From the NCBI RefSeq assembly GCF_000741135.1, contig NZ_JGYU01000002.1, forward strand, positions 286,022 to 310,021: a DNA stretch of 24,000 bases, in the 5' to 3' direction. Position 1 is the first letter of the stretch. Each line of letters starts with the position of its first letter. This stretch comes from Bifidobacterium choerinum (lineage in GTDB: Bacteria; Actinomycetota; Actinomycetes; Actinomycetales; Bifidobacteriaceae). This document shows, in pieces, positions 17,386 to 24,000 of this stretch. Both the position numbers and the translations under genes were made by a program. A model generated the notes under the pieces. The model did not search any database. It saw only the letters and a list, made by a program, of their open reading frames with translations, and had not been told where the DNA came from.

Positions 17386-17398
17386 CCGCGAAAGGGCC
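17343..17398. terminator. Long imperfect hairpin adjoining the stop of the 17406..18161 (-) gene
   Basis: GGCCCTTTCGC-A-GGTGGGTTCGTCG (17343-17367) pairs with CGACGAACCACCCGCGAAAGGGCC (17375-17398), about 22 bp with small bulges. The left arm is the last repeat unit. Confidence 0.6.
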
Positions 17399-17405
17399 GG
17401 CGCGG

Positions 17406-18161
17406 CTACTCCAGGCGGTTGCGGCGCCACAGGTGGGCGCCGGTGCGCAGGTCGTCGGCGGTCGTATGCAGGTTCGCGGCCGTGTGCAGCAGCTGCGCGG
17501 CCTTCGTGTGCGCGGCGCGGATGTCCTCGGTCGTACCGACGGCGGACCTGTCCGGATCGGCCATCGCCTTCGCATGCGCGTTGAGCCGCTGCGCCTGCAT
17601 GCGCAGACCGGCGACGACGACTTCGACGAAGGTCGCGGCGCGGTCGAGCGCGACGGCGAAGTTGCCGCGGAACGCGCCGGCGAGGATCGAGTCGGCGGTG
17701 CGCGCGATGTCCTCCTCGGTCGGCGCGGCGTCGACGCCGGCGATCGCCGACGCCGACGTGACAATCGGCTCGCCAAGTCGCCACAGCCGTGCGATCGCAT
17801 CGCGGCGCCTGCGCATCCATGTGCGCAGCAGATACAGCCGCCACAGCACGCCCGGCAGCGAATCGGGCTCCGCATGGCTCCACAGTTCGGCGATGACGTC
17901 GACGCCCTCATGGTCGACGAGCGTGAGCACGCGCTCGACGACCTGCGGATCGTCGGTTCTGTGCACATGGCTGAGCAGCGCCCATGCCGTCGCGTGGCTG
18001 ACCGCACTCAGCTGTTCGGGGTCGACGCCGCCGGCGATGTTCTCGGCGAGCGCCTGGTCGAGCTGGCCGGGCCGTGCGGGACGCGGCGAGCCGGTATGCG
18101 TGAAGGCGGAACGGCTCGCGATAATCGAACCGGAGCCGCTGCGATGCACGTTAGTAGACAA
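17406..18161 (-). CDS. Hypothetical protein (~251 aa), overlaps the end of the upstream Nudix gene
   Basis: ORF with high G/C third-position bias. Only non-ATG starts are available (TTG 18161 or GTG 18149). Overlaps the upstream stop by 11 nt if TTG is used. No motif recognised. Confidence 0.6.
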   Translation of the reverse strand: MSTNVHRSGSGSIIASRSAFTHTGSPRPARPGQLDQALAENIAGGVDPEQLSAVSHATAWALLSHVHRTDDPQVVERVLTLVDHEGVDVIAELWSHAEPDSLPGVLWRLYLLRTWMRRRRDAIARLWRLGEPIVTSASAIAGVDAAPTEEDIARTADSILAGAFRGNFAVALDRAATFVEVVVAGLRMQAQRLNAHAKAMADPDRSAVGTTEDIRAAHTKAAQLLHTAANLHTTADDLRTGAHLWRRNRLE

Positions 18162-19206
18162 TCGGGGCCACTTTCTGTATGTCGATGATGCGCAGGCCGT
18201 CGTCGGACGGCACGAGGAACATGGCGAGCGCGCTGCCGGTGGGCATGTACGGGGTCTTCGCGATGAGCTTCTTCGTCAGCGACTTGCTGGCGCACATCGG
18301 TCGCAGATGGTCGAACATGCCGCCGATGACCGGCCGATGCATGCAGATCGCCGTCGTCTGGCCGCCGTGCACGGTCCGTTCGAGCTGCGCGAGGAACGCC
18401 TTCCATGCGCCGTGCTCGTTGCGTGCGAACGCGTCCTCGGTCAGCTCGGGGATGGACTCGACCGGCAGGCCCGTCTGCCACGACAGCATCTGCATCGTCT
18501 GCTGGCAGCGCATCCACGGCGACGACATGAGCCGCGCCGGCGCATAGCAGGCGAGTTCGCGGTCGAGCGCGTACGCGGCCGCCGCGCCGAGCGGCGTGAT
18601 CGGCCGCGCCGCGTCGGTGCCCTTCCACTGCTTGCGCGCCTCGGCCTTCGCGTGACGTACGAGCAGCACGGCGCGCGCGGCGTCGGCGTGCTCCTCGAGG
18701 CGGTCGACGAACAGCGCGAGGATGTCCTTGTCGGTCGAATGCGTCAGCGTCTTGCGCGCCTCGGGGACGGTCAGCCAGACGACATCGTTGATCTCGCCGA
18801 CGTCCGCGCGGTGCACGGGGCCGAAGGCGGGCGCCATCTGATGCGCGAGCGGACGGTCGATGACGGTGGCCATCCAGTACAGCACATGTTTGCGCTGTCC
18901 GCTGTCCGAACCGTTGCGCTTGTTGCGCGACTTGCGTCCCTCCGCGGAGAGCGGATAGTCGACTTCGCCCAAGTACGGGCCGAGCGCGACGACCTGCCCG
19001 GTCTCCTCGCCGATTTCACGCACTGCCGCATGCCGATGCGATTCGTTGTTCTCGAGTTTGCCTTTCGGCCAGCTCCAGTCGTCGTATTTCGGACGGTGCA
19101 CGAGGCAGACCTCGATCGGGCCCTCCGGCGCGCCGCCGCGACGGCGCCAGAGGACGCCGCCGGCCGCTTCGACCACATGCTTGCATTTGCTACTCATGCG
19201 TCCCAT
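18151..19206 (-). CDS. Bifunctional Nudix hydrolase / histidine phosphatase (MutT1-like architecture)
   Basis: Nudix box [24 protein letters not shown]-terminal half has LLVRHAKA (RHG-type phosphohistidine motif). Start is ambiguous: ATG 19206, ATG 19197 or GTG 19230, none with an SD. Confidence 0.8.
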   Translation of the reverse strand: MGRMSSKCKHVVEAAGGVLWRRRGGAPEGPIEVCLVHRPKYDDWSWPKGKLENNESHRHAAVREIGEETGQVVALGPYLGEVDYPLSAEGRKSRNKRNGSDSGQRKHVLYWMATVIDRPLAHQMAPAFGPVHRADVGEINDVVWLTVPEARKTLTHSTDKDILALFVDRLEEHADAARAVLLVRHAKAEARKQWKGTDAARPITPLGAAAAYALDRELACYAPARLMSSPWMRCQQTMQMLSWQTGLPVESIPELTEDAFARNEHGAWKAFLAQLERTVHGGQTTAICMHRPVIGGMFDHLRPMCASKSLTKKLIAKTPYMPTGSALAMFLVPSDDGLRIIDIQKVAPIVY

Positions 19207-19277
19207 TGTAGGAGGGGCGCACGGTTTCACGGTCTGCGTGACATGGCGTTCGCGGTGGCGGATGCGTGCGGATACGG

Positions 19278-19314
19278 CGGGGCCGGCGCACGCTGCGTGC
19301 GTGCGCCGGCCCCG
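19278..19314 (-). terminator. Strong stem-loop between ppk and the Nudix gene
   Basis: Perfect 15-bp stem: CGGGGCCGGCGCACG (19278-19292) and CGTGCGCCGGCCCCG (19300-19314), 7-nt loop. No U-tract. Confidence 0.55.
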
Positions 19315-19342
19315 TTCAAGGTCGCGGCGGTTGCGTCCGCGA

Positions 19343-21580
19343 TCAGTTGTGCGCGCTTGGGCGACGCTGATGCTTGCGGATCAGGTATTCCTGGCTGTCG
19401 ACGAGCGGACGGCCGTCGGCGTCCTTCGAGTGACGCACGTAGGTGCCGTCGGGCTGCATGTGCCAGCTTGACGTCGAATCGGCCATCTGCAGATCGATGT
19501 ACTTGATGAGTTCGTCGATCTGCTCGGGCACGGTGATGCGCACGAGCGCCTCGACGCGGCGGTCGAGGTTGCGGTGCATCAGGTCGGCGGAGCCGATCCA
19601 CACCTCCGGGCCGGAGATCGGGCCTTCGCCGATCTGCGGCCCGTCGGAGTTCGCGAACGCGTAGATGCGGCTGTGCTCGAGGAAGCGGCCGAGGATCGAA
19701 CGCACGCGGATGTTCTCGCTCAGTCCGGGCACGCCCGGCTTGAGCGAGCAGATGCCGCGTTCGACGATGTCGATCTTCACGCCCGCCTGGCTGGCGCGGT
19801 AGAGCGCGTCGATCGTCTTCTCGTCGACGATCGAGTTCACCTTGATCTTGATCCACGCCTCCTTGCCTGCGCGTGCGGCGTCCTCCTCGCGGCGGATGCG
19901 CTGGATGAGGCCGGAGCGTACGGTGCGCGGCGCGACGAGCAGACGGTGGAAGCTTGACTTCGGCGCGTAGCCGCTCAGCTGGTTGAACAGACGCGTCATG
20001 TCCTGGCCGACGACCGGGTCGCAGGTGAGCAGGCCGAGGTCGGTGTACTGGCGCGCCGTCTTCGGGTTGTAGTTGCCGGTGCCCACATGGCAGTAGCGCT
20101 TGAGGCCGTCCGCCTCCTGACGCACGACGAGCGACAGCTTGCAGTGCGTCTTCAATCCGACGATGCCGTAGACGACGTGCACGCCGGCGCGTTCGAGCTT
20201 GCGCGCCCATGCGATGTTCGCGTCCTCGTCGAAGCGCGCCTTGAGCTCGACGAGCGCGAGCACCTGCTTGCCGGCATGCGCGGCGTCGATGAGCGCGTCG
20301 ATGATCGGCGAGTTGCTCGACGTGCGGTACAGCGTCTGCTTGATCGCGAGGACCTTCGGATCGGCGGCGGCCTGCGCGAGGAAGGCCTGCACCGACGTCG
20401 AGAACGAATCGTACGGGTGGTGCAGCAGGATGTCGCCTTCGCGGATCGCGGCGAAGATGTCCTGCGCGCGGCTCGATTCGACCTGCGCGATCTGGCGGTT
20501 CGTCGTCGGCACGAAGGGGCGGAACTTCAGGTCCGGACGGTCGATGCCGCCGAGCTCGAAGAGCACCGTCGCGTCGAGCGGCGCGGGCAGGCGGTACACC
20601 TCCTCCGGCGTGACGCCCATCTGGTCGGCGAGCAGCTGCGAGAGGAACGGGGAGGTCTCGTCGGAGATCTCGAGGCGGATCGGCGGTCCGAAACGACGGC
20701 GCAGCAGTTCCTTCTCGATCGCGTTGAGCAGGTTCTCGGCGTCGTCCTCCTCGACTTCGATGTCCTCGTTGCGCGTCACGCGGAACGAACGCGCCTCCTT
20801 GATGATCATGCCCGGGAACAGCGTCTCGAGATGCGCGATGATCAGGTTCTCCATCGTGATGAAGCCGTAGCGCACCTCGTCGGAATCGTCCTCGGTCATG
20901 TCGTCGACCGGGACGAGCCGGTTGATGTTGTCCGGAATCTTGACGCGCGCGAAGTGCGACTTGCCGGAGGCCGGGTTCTCGACGATGATCGCCAGATTGA
21001 GCGAGTTGCCGGAGATGTACGGGAACGGGTGCGCCGGGTCGACGGCGAGCGGCGTGAGCACCGGGAAGACCTGCTGGCGGAAGTAGCGCGACAGGCGCTC
21101 CTGCTCGCTGATCGTGAGCTTGTCCCAGCCCAGCAGCTTGATGTTCTCCTTCGCCAGGTCAGGCAGGATGTGGTCCACGACGTAGTGGGCGTGCTCGTCC
21201 TGCAGCTTGTGCGCCTGCTCGGAGATCGCGCGCATCTGCTGGCGCGGGCTCAGTCCGGAGGGGCTCGTCACGGCGATGCCGGTGTCGATGCGGCGCTTGA
21301 GGCCGGCGACGCGGACCATGAAGAACTCGTCGAGGTTGTTCGCGAAGATCGCCGCGAAGGTCGCGCGCTCGATGATCGGGATGTCCTCGTCCTGGGCGAG
21401 CTCGAGCACGCGCTTGTTGAACTTGAGCCAGCTGAGCTCGCGGTCGAAGAAGCGGTCCGGCGGCAACGGCTGCTCGCCGCTGAGCGTCTCGCGTTTGTCG
21501 GTCTTGTCCGTCTCTGCGATATGTTCGGCGATCTGGCTGCGCAGAATCGCCTTCGAAGGTGCGTCAAAAATCTGTGCCAT
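19343..21580 (-). CDS. ppk: Polyphosphate kinase 1
   Basis: 745 aa from the ATG at 21580. Contains [44 protein letters not shown] and [15 protein letters not shown], typical of PPK1. TAGAGT (21593-21588, minus strand) lies 7 nt upstream of the ATG with no SD. Confidence 0.95.
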   Translation of the reverse strand: MAQIFDAPSKAILRSQIAEHIAETDKTDKRETLSGEQPLPPDRFFDRELSWLKFNKRVLELAQDEDIPIIERATFAAIFANNLDEFFMVRVAGLKRRIDTGIAVTSPSGLSPRQQMRAISEQAHKLQDEHAHYVVDHILPDLAKENIKLLGWDKLTISEQERLSRYFRQQVFPVLTPLAVDPAHPFPYISGNSLNLAIIVENPASGKSHFARVKIPDNINRLVPVDDMTEDDSDEVRYGFITMENLIIAHLETLFPGMIIKEARSFRVTRNEDIEVEEDDAENLLNAIEKELLRRRFGPPIRLEISDETSPFLSQLLADQMGVTPEEVYRLPAPLDATVLFELGGIDRPDLKFRPFVPTTNRQIAQVESSRAQDIFAAIREGDILLHHPYDSFSTSVQAFLAQAAADPKVLAIKQTLYRTSSNSPIIDALIDAAHAGKQVLALVELKARFDEDANIAWARKLERAGVHVVYGIVGLKTHCKLSLVVRQEADGLKRYCHVGTGNYNPKTARQYTDLGLLTCDPVVGQDMTRLFNQLSGYAPKSSFHRLLVAPRTVRSGLIQRIRREEDAARAGKEAWIKIKVNSIVDEKTIDALYRASQAGVKIDIVERGICSLKPGVPGLSENIRVRSILGRFLEHSRIYAFANSDGPQIGEGPISGPEVWIGSADLMHRNLDRRVEALVRITVPEQIDELIKYIDLQMADSTSSWHMQPDGTYVRHSKDADGRPLVDSQEYLIRKHQRRPSAHN

Positions 21581-22077
21581 GCTCACTACTCTAGGGGGTG
21601 ATGGCCGAGAAATCACTGGGAACGGCGAAAAATTCCGTTATTTGTCGCACAAACTTTACCTGGGACGCGGCTTGGAGGGGCGATGGGGAGGGCGGCGGCG
21701 TGAATGGCCGGGTCGTCGCCGGATGTGCGCGGTGCACGACGTGGGGCATCGGCGTCCGACGGCGACACGGTCACGACACGCCGAGAGCGGTGTTCGAATG
21801 AACATACGGTCGTCCGTAACGGACAATATGGCTCGTTTTCATGTTGCGTCCGGGGGTGCGGCGCACAAAATGGAAAAAATGCGAACATCGCCCGATCGGC
21901 GGCCGCGTCGACTTGCGAAGACCGATGAATCGAGCATAATGTTCAAGTACAAGAACAACTGAATAGCAGACCCACAAAAAGTATATGATCAGCAAGATTA
22001 TTACGTTGGGCGGGTATTGGAAAGACTTACCGTTGCAACGATGAGGTTGTGCAGAGATTCTGCGCAGTTGGACTTGT

Positions 22078-22106
22078 AAGGGACCCACTTCGGTGGGTCC
22101 CTTTTT
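22078..22106 (+). terminator. Canonical intrinsic terminator with no annotated gene upstream
   Basis: AA-GGGACCCAC (22080-22088), TTCG loop, GTGGGTCCC (22093-22101), then TTTTT (22102-22106). The T-tract is on the plus strand only. Confidence 0.75.
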
Positions 22107-22494
22107 CATGTTCCGGCGGCGGTGCGCGGGCATATAGGCCAAAAAGTTATTGCTTTAGCTTCTAGTCGGTGCCGTTTGGGTGGCGGGCGGGGCTATGGAA
22201 TTCGTTCCGGTCGATGCCGCCGCCCATGCCCGGGACGTCGTTTTCGATGGCCGCGGCCGTGCCGCACCTATGCCGCTGCTCGACACGCCGTGGCGACGCA
22301 GACGACGGGAAAAGTGAGCGTTTTGTGCTGCTGCGCAGCGTGTGCGCGGATGGCTCCGGCCCTACTGCCGGGCCGGTGTTCACAGTGAGAGAACCAGACC
22401 GTTCACGGTCGGAGAAATGTGGATAACGGTACCGTCCGTACACATACCCCCGTCGGGATTGTGCCGGGCGCGGCGCGCGTCGTTCAATCGAGCC

Positions 22495-23523
22495 ATGAAC
22501 ACATTGGCGATGATGCCTGCGTATGCAGATGGACGAGGGACGGTGGGCCGGCCGGTGGCCGCGTTCGGCATGTCCCGCAGCACGAACGAGCCGCAGCGGT
22601 ACTACACGCCGCCGCGGGGAGACGCCGGCGCGCGGCCGTACCGGCCGCGTCCGCAGGAGACGATGCGCCGCACCGACGCGCGCCGCGAGCCGGTCGAACT
22701 GTCCGGCGGCAACGTCATCACCGTGTCGTCGGCGAGCGGCGGCGTCGGCACGTCGACGATCGCCGCGCTGCTCGCGCGTGCGCTCGCCGACCACCATGCG
22801 CCGGCGGCGCTCGTCGACGCCGACGTGCGCATGTGCGGCGGTGGACTCGACGTCTTGCTCGGCATCGAACACGAACACGGCTCGCGGTGGCACGACGTGC
22901 ATGCGCCGCTCGGACAGCTGAGCGGCACCGCGCTGTACCGGCAGCTGCCGAAATGGGACAAGGTGAGGGTGCTCGCCTACAACCCGTGGAACGGCGAGGC
23001 GCCGAAGCCGTGGGAGGTCGACGCCGCCGTCCACGCGCTCGCCGCATGCGACGAGGTCGTCGTCGTGGACGCCGGCCCCGGCGAGACGATCGCCGAATCG
23101 CCGACGCTTATCGAGGCGTCGCATGTCGTCGTCGTCGAGCTGTCGGTGCTTGGTCTGGCGCGCGGGCGCGCCCATCTCGACTGGCTGGAGCGGCAAAGCC
23201 AGGAGAGCGTCGACCGCCGCACGATGCCGCCGGGGCCGGGGCAGCCGTCACGGCCGGTCGCGGAGCATCCGGGCGACGTCGTCGCCGTCGTCGTCGTGGA
23301 ACCGCACGGGCCGGCGCGGCTGCGCGGCGTCGTCGACGTCGCCGAGGCGCGCTCCTATCTCGACCGGGACGTCATCGGCACGATTCACAACGACGCCAAA
23401 CTGTGCGGGGACATCCTCGAAGGGCTCGGCGTACGCGCGGTGCCGAAACGCAACGCGCTCGTCATCGACAGGCTCGTGCGGCAGGTGGAGCACGCCTGCG
23501 AACTCCGCGGGACGCTGCGGTAG
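22495..23523 (+). CDS. tadZ: Tad/Flp pilus assembly ParA/MinD-like protein (TadZ/CpaE family)
   Basis: In frame with ORF 22342..23523. P-loop-like VITVSSASGGVGTSTIAALLA. Directly followed by a CpaF/TadA ATPase gene. The start is uncertain (ATG 22495 chosen; later in-frame ATGs are possible). Confidence 0.7.
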   Translation: MNTLAMMPAYADGRGTVGRPVAAFGMSRSTNEPQRYYTPPRGDAGARPYRPRPQETMRRTDARREPVELSGGNVITVSSASGGVGTSTIAALLARALADHHAPAALVDADVRMCGGGLDVLLGIEHEHGSRWHDVHAPLGQLSGTALYRQLPKWDKVRVLAYNPWNGEAPKPWEVDAAVHALAACDEVVVVDAGPGETIAESPTLIEASHVVVVELSVLGLARGRAHLDWLERQSQESVDRRTMPPGPGQPSRPVAEHPGDVVAVVVVEPHGPARLRGVVDVAEARSYLDRDVIGTIHNDAKLCGDILEGLGVRAVPKRNALVIDRLVRQVEHACELRGTLR

Positions 23524-23532
23524 GAGGTCGCC

Positions 23533-24000
23533 ATGAACACCGCTTCGTGCACGACGCTCGAACTGGGGCCGCTCGCCGCGCTCGGCGGCGACGCGCGCGT
23601 CACCGACATCGTCGTCACCTGCGACGGCACCGTCTGGTTCGACGGCGGCCACGGCATGCAGCTCGCGCATACGACGATTCCGCTCGACGATCCGGCGGTG
23701 CTGCGCGAGCTGGCCGTGCGATTGTGCGCGCAGCTGGGCGTACGGCTCGACGAGACGCAGCCGATCGCTGATGCGTCCGCCGACGACGGCACGCGTGTGC
23801 ACGCCGTCATCGCGCCGATCGTGCCGCACGGCGCATCGATCTCCATCCGTTTCCCCGACCGTGCGCGCGCCGATCTGGAATCGCTCGCCGCGGTCGGCAT
23901 GTTCCCGGCCCAATGGACGCCGATGCTGCGCATGCTCGTGCGTGCCAGGGCGAACATCCTCATCTCGGGCGCGACCGGCACCGGCAAGACGACGTTGCTC
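23533..24000 (+). CDS. tadA: Tad/Flp pilus assembly ATPase TadA/CpaF (3' end outside window)
   Basis: ATG at 23533 is preceded by AGGAGG (23522-23527). My own translation runs MNTASCTTLELGPL...ANILISGATGTGKTTLL, with a Walker A motif at the window edge, open to position 24000. Confidence 0.85.
   Translation, partial: MNTASCTTLELGPLAALGGDARVTDIVVTCDGTVWFDGGHGMQLAHTTIPLDDPAVLRELAVRLCAQLGVRLDETQPIADASADDGTRVHAVIAPIVPHGASISIRFPDRARADLESLAAVGMFPAQWTPMLRMLVRARANILISGATGTGKTTLL

Noticed and set aside
16900-17883. ORFs spanning the 92-bp repeats (16900..17883 minus; 17028.., 17033.. and 17047.. plus) as repeat-containing proteins.
   Set aside because: All three plus frames and a minus frame are open at once. 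The frames run into or overlap the well-supported 17406..18161 gene out of frame. The region lies between convergent stop codons and terminator hairpins.
21771-22142. 123-aa minus-strand ORF in the AT-rich island upstream of ppk.
   Set aside because: It reads through the terminator hairpin (KKGPTEVGPL is the stem-loop translated). It has atypical codon usage and no SD. Its hydrophobic stretch reflects AT-richness.

Overview
GC-rich window (third codon positions mostly G/C) with the gene content and order of a high-GC Gram-positive actinobacterium. The order resembles Bifidobacteriaceae, but I cannot verify the taxon without a search. Most of it is core chromosome. Left to right: amt (5' partial)-glnK-glnD nitrogen-sensing operon; a ~680 bp intergenic region packed with DnaA boxes and short tandem repeats; an unrecognisable 518-aa orphan CDS; dnaB, whose stop is 1 nt from the start of murT-gatD (lipid II iso-glutamine synthase); a small phasin-like protein; a UbiB/ABC1 atypical kinase; a glycerophosphodiester phosphodiesterase; a decayed tnpB-only IS200/IS605-family element; ~740 bp of unexplained non-coding DNA; an NAD-dependent epimerase (-); upp (+); a 92-bp tandem repeat array in a convergent intergenic gap; a minus-strand ppk1 / Nudix-histidine-phosphatase / hypothetical cluster; an AT-rich island with an orphan intrinsic terminator; and the start of a Tad/Flp pilus locus (tadZ, tadA 3' partial). 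I saw no rRNA, tRNA, CRISPR array or cas genes. I found no clear multi-gene novel system such as a defence island. The most unusual signals are (1) the DnaA-box cluster plus dyad repeats plus orphan protein directly upstream of dnaB, (2) an array of five near-identical 18-mers inside the 92-bp tandem repeat, (3) the freshly inactivated TnpB element with matched end hairpins and unexplained DNA downstream, and (4) an orphan terminator that may mark an sRNA upstream of the tad locus. All product calls rest on motif recognition in the supplied translations, not on database searches.
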